Assembly: GCA_023920165.1 (NCBI GenBank)
Contig: CP089276.1
Span: forward strand, 3,410,001 to 3,474,000
DNA from: Curvularia clavata
Taxonomy: Eukaryota
DNA length: 64,000 nt
Reading direction: 5' to 3'
The position numbers and the translations under genes are program-made. The stretch's first letter is position 1, and each line of letters begins with the position of its first letter. The notes below the pieces were generated by a model. That model did not search any database, was not told where the DNA came from, and saw only the letters and a list, made by a program, of their open reading frames with translations. Positions 39,029 to 51,776 of the stretch are shown here, piece after piece.

Positions 39029-39526
39029 GATGGTAGATTTAGTAGCATGCAATGCGAGCAACACAAATTGTAAAGTGGGTATTTGGCAAAGCAAGGAGTG
39101 AGTCGCAAGGACTACTTAAAGCAGAGTCAGTATTTAAAGATTGGCAGCCACCCACAACTTCAGTCTTGCAGCTACGATCAAGTTGGTAGACGACTAAAGT
39201 ATACAGCAAACATTTCAATTGTTGTACGACTTTCTCCCACTAGCCTTCAAGTCACCAGCCACGTACTCTAGCCTACGAAAATCGTTCCGCTCCATGTTGC
39301 CACGACTAATTACTCTGTCCTCCCATCCTCTCTACTAGCAGTGACCGACTACCATCAAATACCATATTAAGGTAGCACATGCCTTGGGAACAAACATGTG
39401 TAACGCTTCGCAGACACGCCTGCTTGAATGGCATGTCGCACTCATCACAACCTGTCCTCCCACCTCTCCTCGACGTCATCCACGCCTGAATCCCTTCAAT
39501 CAGAAACATACCACAGACCTCTCTCC

Positions 39527-39886
39527 CTACCAATTCTCTCCACCCCCTACTCCCAAACTACCACCTACGCTCTTCGCCACACCACCGCCTCCCCATTTCT
39601 GACTTCCTTCCTTACTATCACTTGCTTTACTGCCCTTACCACTCGCTTTGCTCTTCATCTTACTACTCTTGCTCTTCGCCGTAGCACTCTTACTCTTCGC
39701 CGCACTGCTGCTCCCTTCACTCACCACCGTCCTCTGCACCTGTGCCTCGAGTTCCCGCTGCTCAGCAACTTCCTGCATTTCGGCGTCGATGACGCGCCGG
39801 CAACTTTTCATCAGGCACCATCCGAAGAAGCAGCAGAAGAAGGTGACGAGAACGATGGTGAGGATGATGGCGTGGGCGTAGTGCAT
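39527..39886 (-). CDS. Small orphan protein: N-terminal TM with Cys cluster, short coiled segment, Lys/Ser-repeat tail
   Basis: MHYAHAIILTIVLVTFFCCFFGWCLMKSCRR...AAKSKSATAKSKSSKMKSKASGKGSK... Confidence 0.55.
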   Translation of the reverse strand: MHYAHAIILTIVLVTFFCCFFGWCLMKSCRRVIDAEMQEVAEQRELEAQVQRTVVSEGSSSAAKSKSATAKSKSSKMKSKASGKGSKASDSKEGSQKWGGGGVAKSVGGSLGVGGGENW

Positions 39887-40331
39887 TGAGGGTGTTGACT
39901 GACGGGGTGGTGCTTGTAGGTGTTTGTGGATGTCTGGCTGTCGCGGGCGTGGCTGTGGGTTTAGAGGAGTGCGAGGCAAGGTGGGTTCAAGTGCGATTGC
40001 TATTGCGAGAGTGTACGGGGTTGCTGTACGCAGGTATGACTGGTATTTTTTTAACTATTTTGCGAGGAAAAAAGATGGTTATGGTGTGGAGTGTTGTTTA
40101 CTATCAGTCCCACACCGTTTGCACGCAGCATTATCTCATCTTCACTTTCACCCTGAGTCCCCACTCTGCCTATCAGTTCACCTGTCACTGAACGAAATGT
40201 CTGAGACATGCTAAACACAAAGAGTCGCCACCCGACGTCGCAAGCTGATGACAAAATTCAAGAGCGGGTACTTGGTTATATTCACAGTTCATACTCTAAA
40301 CATACAACCCATATCTTACACTTCCACCACC

Positions 40332-43316
40332 TCAAAATTCCCTCAACGCCTCCAACACCTCCTTCTGCCTCTGACTCGCCATCTTCTCAAATCCATCCAC
40401 ACTCATAACAAACGTGCCCCTTCCTCCCGTCAGCGCCCGTAAATGATTCAAATACCCTACCATCTCCTTCAGCGGCACCCGCGCCACAATCTGTCGTTGA
40501 CTATCTGCCACACCACTACCTACTTCTCCCATACCAGAGCTGAAAGGATCAGGAGGTGTGTAGATAAGTGCAGGGTCGATACGCGGCAAGTCATCGTCGT
40601 TTGCTGATGCCTGCGAGGACTCGGTTCCGTCTAGCGAGAGGACTTGCCCCCCGCGTGAGGACGAGATATCTTGTACCACTGCTCCAAGCGAGGTCTCGTT
40701 TACGAAGACAGTTACGTTCATGACGGGCTCCAGGAGTGCGGCTGGGGCATTGTTGCATGCGGTGCGTAGACTGGCGTTTACGGCGGCGCGGACGGCCATG
40801 GAGATGGCAGTGGGTGTTGTTTCGGGGAAGAGATGGGCTTTTGCGTCAAGGGTGATGGTAACGCGGGTGTTGGCGACGGGGAAGCCGTTGAAGGGGCCGC
40901 GGGCGAGGGCAGCGGAGGCGCCAGCTTGGATTGAGTGTAGGATACCGGGGAGGGAGAGATGCGGTGGGATGTGGTTCTTGTGACTGGCAGAGTCGTGGGA
41001 AGATAGGTCAGGGTGGGCAATGTACAGGGTGTTGTTGTCCGGGAGCTTGTACGTTGTCTCAAAGGGGCTATCCTGTGCTTCTTGAATAGAGTCGCTGCTA
41101 ATAACGCTGTCGTCAATGGGTTCTACAGAAACCGTGGTGATTGCCTTGGCTTGCTTCCCTGCGATGGGCTTGTCAAGAGTATATGTGAATGGCTCTGTAG
41201 AAGTCGTGATGGTTTCTCGGTATCCGATTTCAATCTTGCCAATTCTCGCTTTTGCCTTGAAATCATTCAACAACCGGTCGCGCGCGATTTCGAGATGCAG
41301 GTCGCCCATTCCCGCCAGATGCGTCTGTCCTGACTCTTCGTCGACTGAGAGGTGTAAACTTGGGTCTTCGCGCAACAATATAGCAAGACTTTCTTGTACA
41401 TGCTTTTGCTCGCTCAAACTGTGCGGCTCGATGCTGGTGAAGAAAACGGGTGGTGGAACGGCAATGGGCCGGAGCTGTAGAGTGTCTAGGCCTCCAGATG
41501 GCGTGCCCTTCATCTGTAGTCCACGGTATACAATCAGTGTGTCACCTGTTCTGGCATGCTTAAGTCCAGTAATAACACCAATCTGGCCAGCACCGATGCT
41601 GTCTACTTCCACCGCATCATTAGCATACATCTTCAAAAGACGAGGTGCACGCTCCGCAACGGCCAGGTTAGTGTTGTACACTGTTGCGCCGCGATCAATT
41701 GAGCCAGAATAGACTCGCACGTAGACCAAGACGCCCCGCTTAGCATCGTTGACAACCTTGAACGCGAGGGCGCAGGCTGTCAGGTTCTTGACCTCAGCGA
41801 TTGCAAGTTCACCAGTTCGTTTTTCTTGTTTCTTTGCTGGCTTGCTTGACTTGGTGGCTGCTGTAGATGCTGAACTGAGCAGGGCGGCAAGAGTACTACT
41901 CTGGTTTGTGATAGCGATCTCAGGATCTGGACGTTCGAGGGGTGACGGAAGAAGATCGACTACGCTATCAAGTAACGGCTGAACGCCAATGTTGCGAAAC
42001 GAGGCGCCAGCAAATACCGGTATGACGGATTGTGGAGCTTGCAATACGACTCGACGAAGCGACTGCATGATTTGGATACCAGAAATGGCGAGATGGTCTT
42101 CGTCGTGTTCGAGAAAGTGCTCGACCATGATATCGTCGTGCTCGCTCAATGTCTCGACAAGAGCCACTCTTGCCTTCTTGATCTCTGCTGCAAAGTCCTT
42201 GTCTGACTTCTGTAGCTCTTCAAGATCAACTGCTTTGACATCTCGTCCGTCTCCGCCTGGCTGCCACAGCATACCACGGAGGTTGATAACATCCCCAACT
42301 CCAACAAAGTCACCGTTTCCACCTTGCCACCAAGGGATCTGGCAAACTGCGGGCCATCCGCGCAGTCTGGAACCGATCTCCTTGACCGTTCTTGAAAAGG
42401 CAGCACCTACGCGGTCCAACTTGTTGACAAAAATGATCCTTGGGATCTGGTAGTGTCCAGCTTGCGTCCAAACCTTCTCTGTCTGTGCCTCAACTCCTGC
42501 TACCCCGTCAAGAATACACACTGCGCCATCCAAGACACGCAACGAGCGCAAAACCTCAAACGTGAAATCAGCATGGCCCGGGGTATCAATAAGATTGATG
42601 TTGTGAGAAATTGATGACCTAAGGACTTTGTCGAACGATGCTGGTAGCTGTGATGGCGAAGGTGATGTTTGACTTGGCGGCAGTGGTGGCCAGTGAAAAG
42701 TGATGGCTGCAGATTGGATGGTGATACCTCGTGCTCTCTCAGCAGGAAGGAAGTCGGTTACTGTTGAGCCTTCGTCGACGTCTGGTAATCGTTAGTGGTG
42801 AAAATGAGACTAGATAGGAATTTCAATGAGTGAGAAGGTACCTCACAAAACGACCGGCGAGATATTTGATATTGAATGTACAAAGAAAAAATCGAAGAAA
42901 GCGACTACAAAGAGAAGTATGAAAATGCGGTAAGATATGCAATTATGACAGAATCATAACACAGAAATGGACTAGACGCAACGAGAGGTTGATAAGAAGT
43001 ATCGTGTGTGGACTTGGAAAATACTCGCCATAGAAATAATATAGATCAGTACATACTTCCTATTCTACGGGTCACACCACTATAGTATAGCATGCGCTCT
43101 GTCGTAGTAGTCTTCCCCTAAAGGCTTGTTAGAACCTTCTCAAATCACCATAGAAAGCATTTGACCTACTGCATCAATATGGGCAATGATACCGATGTTG
43201 CGAGTTGCTTTCGAAAGTAAGTCATGCTGAGACGCCTGGGTCGAGAGCAAGCGCCGAGGAGTCTTCACATTGTGCCGGATGACTCGACGGGCACACCACA
43301 TCAAGCCGGTTATCAT
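40332..43316 (-). CDS. MEF2: Mitochondrial elongation factor G2 / ribosome-releasing factor 2; 3 exons
   Basis: Arg-rich presequence, [69 protein letters not shown]. Introns 43169-43118 and 43056-42782. Confidence 0.93.
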
Positions 43317-43507
43317 GCCAAAGACTGCGCAATGCGATGCGGAAGCAAAAGACAGTGTCTGAAAAATGCACGTGATGTGGCAGATGTCATGGTTCGCGCC
43401 TTTCCCAGCTCGGCTAGGATCAGGACAGGGTGTTGGAGCGACATCATCGCATCACCTCCGCAGCTAGTCGCAGCCGTCCATAGCTTCAATTCACTCCCCA
43501 CAAAGCC

Positions 43508-45491
43508 ATGGATTACAGCGCTCACGATCCCGACCATCCAGGCGGCGGCGATCCTTGGGCTTCGTCTCCGCAAGCCCACCGGACGTCTTTCGGTCAGCCC
43601 CCGACCAACGATGTTCCGTCATCCCCGCTGCCTGCGCAGGCTTCCCCGTATGGCGAAAACAGCGAGCAGTACGGCTACTTGGGCGAGCAGGATGCGCACA
43701 GCCGACCAAGCACGGCGCCTGAGAATGGCGATCAGCCGCAGCAACAACAGGCGCACGGCCAGGACGCGCCTCGATCACCTCAACCGCCGCAGCAGGGCCA
43801 GCACGGGCAACAGCCGCAGAGGTACCATGGGAACAGGCCGCAGCGACAGCAGCAGCAGTACAAGCTGCAAGCCAAGGTCACAGGGCTTGAGCGGAATGGA
43901 AAGAAGGACCCTATACTGCGATTCGATGTTTACGTACGTCTATCCACATTCAACATGGCAGATCTCGACCTTCGAAGCGTAGAGGACATTGAGGATTGGA
44001 TCAAGGGAGACTTGACTCTTTCAGCGCATTGCTGTCTGATTGCGAATCTGCCTCATATCTGTCCACACCGCTTGCGAATGGCGCTCATGGTAGTGCTCTC
44101 ATGCTAACTTGACCTTTCAGACGAACCTTCCTAAGTTCCGAACCACTCAGTTCCGCGATGTCCGACGTCTACATTCCGAATTTGTGAAGCTCGGCGAGCA
44201 TCTTATCTCGGCATGTCCAGAAGCTATTGTGCCTGCAGTACCACCAGCGACTACTTCGGCAGGCGCTGGGACCGACGAGGACGAGGCGCGACTGAAGATG
44301 TCAATCCAGCGCTGGCTCAATATTGTATGCAGTAACGAGATACTCATACGCGACGAGGAGATGGTCTTTTTCGTGGAGAGCGACTTTGGCTATAGTCCTG
44401 TGGTACGGAGGAAGCAGCCTGCAACTGGCGTACGCCGCAAGATGATCAAGCAGTTTGCGCCGCCACCAGATGATACACCGGAACTTGCTGCAGCACGACC
44501 GGTGGTCAAGGCTTTCTATCTAGGTACAATGGAAACTGAGCAGAAACTGGAGAAGGTCGTGAAGCACCGAAGAAGTGGGTTGTCGACACATATCACCTGG
44601 GTACACAGCTAACTCTTCGTAGATCTCGGGGTTGCTGAGTCTGATCTTGGTGCCAAGTTCGCAGCACTGCAGGCTCAAGAAACGCACGTTGGTTTGGCTC
44701 ATGCATACAAGAAGCTCGGAAAAATTATACAAGCTACAGGTGACTTCCATGCGGCTCAGGGTACTGCTGAAGCTACAACTCTTGGTGATCCACTTCAGTA
44801 CCACAGTAGCGACGCCTTCATTGCAAAAGAGACCCTCACTAACCGGCATATCATCTTACGCGAACTACTTCAAGCACAATCGGCAACCAAGTCCAAGTTA
44901 TCAGCAGCCGATAGGTTGAAGGCCAGCTCGAGCGTAAAACGAGACAAGGTTGACGAAGCCATTGCTGCTCTGGAGGAGGCTAGAAGCCATGAGCAATACC
45001 TCACTCAGAAGGCACAACGCGTCACGGCTAATCTTCTTCAAGAGCAGCGGAAGTGGTTCGACAGAACTACACAAGACATGCGTCAAGCAATTCGAGAATA
45101 TGTAGTCCGTCAGATTGAAGCCGAACGTCGTACCCTGGCCACTCTGGAATCTGTTAGACCTGACATTCGTGCCATTGATGGCAGCGGTGGTCTTTCACGC
45201 CTTGGTCGTGAAGCTCATCCACCGCAGCGCCGGGTACCCATGGCAAGCTCCCAAGGACCCAAGGGCGACGCATGGTCAGGTGTGCCACGGCGACCTGGCG
45301 ACGGCCTCAATCGCAGCATGAGTGGCAGTTTCGTAGCGCCCCTCCCTGAAGGCGACGACAAGGATGAAGAGTCGATACACGGCCGAAAGCGAGCAACAAG
45401 CAAAGCCGGAAGTCAAGTGGGTGTGGAAGAGGATGACGATCGAATTGATGCGAAGAATGCAGCAAGTAGGCTGGCCACGACGACATTCTAG
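43508..45491 (+). CDS. VPS17: Retromer-associated PX-BAR sorting nexin Vps17; 3 exons
   Basis: KLQAKVTGLERNGKKDPILRFDVY|TNLPKFRTTQFRDVRR, FVESDFGYSP, KETLTNRH, IEAERRTLATLESVRPDIRAIDGSGGLSRLGRE, IDAKNAASRL. Introns 43934-44120 and 44575-44622. Confidence 0.93.
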
Positions 45492-47322
45492 AGGCTGTCT
45501 CGTTTTGTGGCGGGGATTGAAAGAAGGGATTGCATGGCATAGTTAGTTGTGTGCTTGTTTATGGACGCTACTGCACGATACCACACGACAGTACACTGCA
45601 GCCTATAGGAAAGTTTTTTGAGCCATGTCTGTCCCTACTGCGTAGCATTTGTTTTTTACTCCTGGATCGTGCTGCTGCGATTGACGATCGTTGCGCAACT
45701 AGCAGCCTCGGGGTCGTGCCAAGACGGGGTTCAATAGCGGAGCAGTAACATTTGCTCTCTGAAGCTCCTTTTCTGGCGCCTCTCTAAGGCTTCAGACAGC
45801 CACACGACGGCATGTTCCAGACGCACATGAAGACGCCATCATCATGCCGGTCTCAGACCGCAAGACGCTCGCTATTAAGCCCCCAAACCCGGATCCTTCC
45901 TGGCTCGGCTTTTGAACTGGAACACGGCAGTCCATCGACCCCTGGTGCAAATCGCGAATGCATGGTTACTGTGCATCACTTGATCAGAGAGCGCTTCGCA
46001 GCCCCGCGTGCAATCTATCCAGCGTGGCAAAGATATTGAAAAGTGTGGGGTCGAAGGTATATGTACACCATGCCAGAACAAACAGCGGCAGCTTTTGGCG
46101 CACTAGCAACGATGTGGAAGCCCTGCCCCTGTCCGCCGCGCCGCCTGACCGGCTGGCGCCCATGCGAGCCAGGAAGCCAGCCGTTCGAAAAGTGTGCTAT
46201 GCGCCACCGGTTTTCTACTTACCAACATCCCCAACCAGAGTTTGCCCGGCTCTTCTGAAGATGCTCTGTACTGCACATACCCTGATGTCATGTATCGTGG
46301 TCAAGGTCCTTTCCCGGGACATCTGCAATAGAATCTGGATATACCGAGAGCCGATCCCCCGCAGCAAGCTACAGCATCTTACCCGGGAACACAACTTGCT
46401 GAGAAGCGAGACAGGGATTCGGTATTGCACTCTACAACTTCGGGTGCCTAGATTCAGCCGCCAAGCGGCCACCAACCAAAGACAGGATGCCGTGCTTGCT
46501 GTGCCACTGGGTTACAGCAGCTTAGGACGGCTACTTAGTGTCGGCAACCATGTGCAAGCCATATCTTAGTTATCCCCGTCAAAAAGTTGACCTTCTCACC
46601 GCCGTGGCGTATATGTCTGTGATTCAAACCTAAAGACCGGCTTTCCGTTTTTGAGTCTTGATAATCACAAGGGAGGGCCCCGATTGGGAACAAATTGGTC
46701 CTAGTCCCAGAACAGCGCCGTTCCGTCAACACCCAGCGGGTCCGACGGAAGCAAGTGAGCGGCCACCCATCTGGGCGTAAGCGAGATATCAATCCGCTGA
46801 CAGTCCCGTGCGGTCCTGCATCCCGGGTAAAGTGCGTGTGCAATGTGAAGCTGATCATGCATCAGGTGGTTAGGACCGGGCCCTCTCGAATCAGAGCAGT
46901 GACAAGCATGAAACAACGGAATGCTTTTCCTCGATTGGCGAGAAGACAACTACCAACCCTACTGTTCAGGACAGCCTATGGGCGCCACCGACCACCATGT
47001 CGGAGGGCCACCGTTTACGTGGTCGAGTCAGGGTGGCAGGATCATCGCCGCAGCCACTCACAACCACGAAGAGCCTGAATAAAGATCACGTTGATGTACA
47101 TAACATTACGCTGCCCATGTCCCCTTGCAAACACCTTTGACCCTCTCATCGTTTTTCGTTCTTCTTCCTAGATCAACCTTGCAAACAGACCTTTTGCTTC
47201 CCCAGTTGACGTTCAGTGTTCGCACCCCGCGTTTGACACCCCGGATCGGCGTCCCGATAGTCTGATCCCCTGGAGCATATCCTGCGCGGCGCCCACCGAA
47301 GCGTTGCGGCTCGAACGAGACC

Positions 47323-49561
47323 ATGCCGAGGGTGTTCAAGTTTCTCAAGACAGCGCTTTCACCCAATGTCGGAAACCATACGCCACAAGAAGCAGTCGAC
47401 AAAAGCAATGCATCTCGGAAGGCATCATTCACTTCCTCGGCAGACGACACATGGCTTCCGGATTTTGACCCGCTCACAGTGACGGCATTTGAGTTGTCCG
47501 AACTTTTGAATGCGCAGGCGATCACAAGCGTGCAAATAGTACAGTTGTACTTGAAAGAGATTGGGCTGCACAACAGAAGAGGCAGGCAGTTGAGAGCATT
47601 GATCTCAGTGGCTCCAAAGCACGAACTTTTGAAAATAGCGCGCAAGCTTGATGATGAGCGAGCTCGAGGCAAGATAAGAGGCCCGCTTCACGGCATCCCG
47701 ATAGTGCTCAAGGATAACATCATGACTGACGAGAAACTGGGAATGGACACAACGGTCGGTATGTGCATACAACTAACCTACCTGAATGCGACAATTGGGA
47801 CTCAGACTTTTGCTAGGCTCTTATGCTTTCGTAGGATGCATACCTAAGAAAAGTGCAACAATTGTTGAACGCCTGATCAAGCGAGGCATGATCATCATGG
47901 GCAAATCAAACCTCACAGAATTCTGTGGCCTCAAGAATCCATCGATGCCTCCGGGATGGTCAGCAGTGGGTGGGCAATGTCAGTCACCGTACGTCTCGCG
48001 ACATATTGCGAAACGAAAGCTACATTGGGAGCTGTCAGCTCCCGGAGGTTCTGCAACGGGGTCTGCCGTAGCTGTGGCGTCAGGCTTCAGCACTCTGGCT
48101 ATTGGTACGGACACGATCGGATCCCTTATTACGCCAGCAAATCGCGCGGCCCTCTATGCATTGAAGCCTACGGTTGGTGAGGTACCCATGGACGGAATCT
48201 TCAATCTGAGCAAAACTTTTGACTCAGTGGGAGGCATGGTAAGCGTCAGATTTGTCAGCTGCTATTGAAAGCATTAACAGTTTGTAATAGGCAAAATCCG
48301 CAAAGGATCTTGTAGCGCTCATGGACGCCTTAATGGTACCAACTAGCAGGGAAGAAAATGTTCCGAGTCCACACAGATCATTCAAGATAAAACCAGATTT
48401 TGGTACGCTCCGAATTGGTATCTGCGAGCCTTCAATCTGGAAGACATGGCGGAAGACCGGACGCATTAATGCTGACGCCGAGCGATTCATGGTAAGTTGG
48501 TGGAAGTCTTGCTTACGTTAGTGCATGGTAGTCGTGTGCGATACCCGCATTCGTTCTTGGTGCTACAAGGATTTCTGTTGGTTTGGTGACTATGATGCTG
48601 ACATGATACAGACACAGAAGTATGACATGATTGTTCAGAGCATGATCGAGATGGGTGTCGACATCGTGTACCCAGTCGAATTACCCAATCAAGTGAGCTT
48701 GACGATTGATGGCAAGAACTGCTTCGAGCCTGTTGTTTGTACGTCGCCAATATTCCTGTATCATCACTGAAATACTAATGAGCTACAGACTCCGAGTTCA
48801 AAGACTGTCTAGCGGAGTTCATCCGAGACTTCAAAGTAACTAAGATCCACTCATTGGCTGAGATCATAAATTTCAACTTGGAACATCCTGAACTCTGCCT
48901 ACCGCCAAGTATGTCCATTCAAATAGCGTCATTCTAGCTCTTACACTGACATTTGCTAGCATGTCCAGACCAAAACGACCTGATGGCGGCCTTACAATCC
49001 AGCACTAAACGCGAAGAAGTCAATGCCGCACGACAGCACCTTCAGACCGCGGGCGGACCCGAAGGGCTGGACTTTCTATTTGCATCGCGCTCTCTCGATA
49101 TCATCATGGCCCCTGGCGACGCAGCACTATCTACACTTGCAGCCGCAGCAGGGTACCCTACCGCCGCTTGTCCACTCTCCGCTCTGAAACTCAACGGCCA
49201 GCCTTTTGGCCTCACACTTGCCTCCCGCCCGCACACCGAGCACATTCTCCTTCACTTCCTAACCGCATACGAGAACATTTTTCCTCCGCGCGCACTCCCC
49301 TTGCCTCTCTCCTCGGTCCCCCTTCAAGATCCCAACCCGGAACCGCTACCTGACCAGCCCATTGTCGATCTCATACTGCACGAATGGGACACGCGGAGAT
49401 TCAGCTGCAGTGCGGATGCGCTAGCTGATTGGCTGAACGCGCGCTGGCGCAAGAGCGGATACGAACTCAGTCCCGAAACAGTATGTGAGGTGCTGAGGAG
49501 TAACGGCAGGATCGCGTTTAGAGGGTTAGGGGATGATGCTGAGGGGGCGTTTTCACGGTGA
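47323..49561 (+). CDS. Amidase-signature family amidase with a C-terminal extra domain; 6 exons
   Basis: RGPLHGIPIVLKDNI, GKSNLTEF, PGGSATGSAVAV, IGTDTIGSLITPA, YALKPTVG, AGYP, GQPFGL. Introns 47759-47816, 48239-48290, 48492-48611, 48739-48788, 48909-48959. Confidence 0.9.
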
Positions 49562-49914
49562 GGAATAGTGTGGTGAATTTCTCATAACATTACATGATAC
49601 GAAGCCGGCAAACATGTGATAATTCGGTAGTTTGTCATGTTTTTGGGTTACATACTTAGCGTGGTGTTCTGGCGCTTCCATCTATTTTTTGGAAAATCAA
49701 TTTTGTTGATTGGATAACGAGGCTGTTCTTTTTGTGGTTTTCGCTACCGCTATGACTCATGTGACAAAGAAATTTTGCACACACACAAATGCATATTGCA
49801 ACTCCATTTGAGAAACTTGTATACTTTCACCAGTGCAGTATTCACAAATGTTTTTCTGGAATACATATATAAAATCTGCAAATGTTCATATTTTCATATC
49901 CAATCAGCAATCAA

Positions 49915-49986
49915 AGCTGCTTGGCGCAGCGGAAGCGCGCCGGGCTCATAACCCGGAGGACCTCGGATCGAAACCGAGAGCAGCTA
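49915..49986 (+). tRNA. Initiator tRNA-Met (CAT)
   Basis: AGCTGCT/AGCAGCT acceptor stem with A1:U72. Anticodon arm CCGGG-CTCATAA-CCCGG (consecutive G:C pairs). T-loop ATCGAAA (A54, A60). Oligo-T terminator at ~50002 and upstream TATATAAAA. Confidence 0.97.
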
Positions 49987-50525
49987 TGTCTGATTTGTTC
50001 TTTTTTGCACTTTTTTTTGCACTTTATATCTTCACCTTCTTTTGTCGGGCGAGTAGGACTTGGACATGTGCGTGCGGAAAGAAGCAGAGAAGGTGGAGAG
50101 AGAAGTTATGCAGTCGTCTTTTCTATCCCTACCTTTTTTGTCACGATGTGCGGTAAGTATTGGTTTTTTGACCCTGCGGCTTCTTGTTTTTCTGTATATT
50201 CTTTGGTTTTTCTTAGTTGAAAACGACCTGTGCACGTACATACGATGGAAAGACCCTGCATAGGAATTCGTGCTGTGTAGATGCATGTGTTGACCCTTTG
50301 TTAGGTTCTTTTTCCATGCAAGGTAAATATTGCTTCATGGCTTCGATAATGTATCTACTTGCCCAAATATATGCTTTGATATTTATCTTCTCTTTTTCTT
50401 TCTCTCGCCCTCAAAGGAAATACTGTCAACAACATCAAGACTGTAGCAAACTTTACATACTGAACTTGACAACAAAACGGTGTTGCAGACGTTAGGTCTT
50501 CATATCGCGTTATAACTATACAAAT

Positions 50526-51529
50526 CTACAACTTAGACTTCTTCCCGCCCGCAACACCCGTGACAGGCTCGCCCGAGAGCAAAAAGTCTGGGTACTCGAA
50601 GCCACCGCTATAGCCAGCTGTGCGCCATGCGCCACCATCAACAACAAGCGTCTCGCCATTGACAAAGTTGCCGGCGTCAGAAAAGAGATAGACGGTAGCA
50701 TCCGCAATCTCCTTGACGGTGCCCCAGCGGCCAATCGGGACCTTTTTGATGGCCTTGCTGTTGGCGTCTGCCTTGGACAGGCGGGCCATGCCCTCTGTGT
50801 CAGCAATAGGACCTGGGGCAATAACGTTGGAAGTTATGCCCCTAGGGCCTTGCTCGATGGCGATAGAGGCGGCCATGGCGTCCACACCGGCCTTTGCGAC
50901 GGACACGTGCGACTGCAGCGGTGTGCCCGTGTAGTGCAGGGTTGCACTAACGAAAATGATGCGGCCGCCGGTTCCGTTGGGTGGTTGTGTCTTGCCATCA
51001 GTTCGGTGTTTGGCGGCAGACTCGACGAGGTAAGGGAGGGTCGCCTTGACTGTGTTGTAGCTTCCTAACACATCAATGTCGATGACGCTCTTCATGGCGT
51101 TTTGCGAGATCTGATCGATGGTCGCGAGGAAGTTGCCGGCCGCGCCGGCGATGACAAAGTCGATGCTACCGAGCTCTTTGGCGCAGCGGTCTGCGGCTTG
51201 CTGGAGGAGCTCGGGCTTGCGCACGTCAATGGCCCCGATACCGATGACTTTGGCACCCGGTCGTGCTGTCGCAATGTCCTTGGCCATGTTCTCCGTCTTC
51301 TCAACGTTGCGTCCGACTATGCAGGCGTTTGCGCCGAGAGCCACCATGGCGCGTACTTGGGCGCTGCAGATGGAGCCTGCTCCACCGGTGCAGAAGAGGA
51401 CCTTGTTGTCTGCGGTTGGATAGGGTTAGTTTGGTATTCGCAACAGGAGCCATGAGTATGCGCAGGAGCCGTACCAAAGATGCCATCCTTCCAGATGTTG
51501 CTCACAAACTGGTATCTTTCCATAGGCAT
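50526..51529 (-). CDS. SPS19: Peroxisomal 2,4-dienoyl-CoA reductase (SDR family); 2 exons
   Basis: WKDGIF|DNKVLFCTGGAGSIC, IAGAAGNFL, HVSVAKAGVDA, SNVIAPGPI, C-terminal PTS1 SKL. Intron 51474-51410. Confidence 0.93.
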
Positions 51530-51770
51530 TGTTCGCGGTGTTTTCCAAGCTGGGGGCTTGGTGTCGCTGTCGTTGGGTTGTAGGCGTCGAGGACTGGGAA
51601 GAAGGGGTAAGTAGGCGGAGGTGGGCGACGAAGAAGATAGCTTTGAGATGGATGGGTGTATTTCTTGAAGCAGCAAGGTAGTTGAAAAGTACATGAAGTG
51701 CTCACGTCGAGTGGAAGTTACGGCCGCACCGATCGGCAGCCGGTGAGATGAGCGTTGAAGTCAGACAGAG

Positions 51771-51776
51771 CCGAGG
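51771..51776. promoter_or_regulatory. Putative FarA/FarB fatty-acid response element (CCGAGG/CCTCGG)
   Basis: CCGAGG ~240 bp upstream of the SPS19 ATG. This hexamer is the known Far element of beta-oxidation/peroxisomal genes in filamentous ascomycetes, but it is short enough to occur by chance. Confidence 0.45.

Noticed and set aside
45500..47300. 1.8-kb intergenic region with a 203-aa ORF (45958-46569); checked by eye for RNase P/MRP, snRNA and SRP motifs
   Set aside because: The ORF has a non-ATG start and non-protein-like composition, and no diagnostic ncRNA motifs were found.
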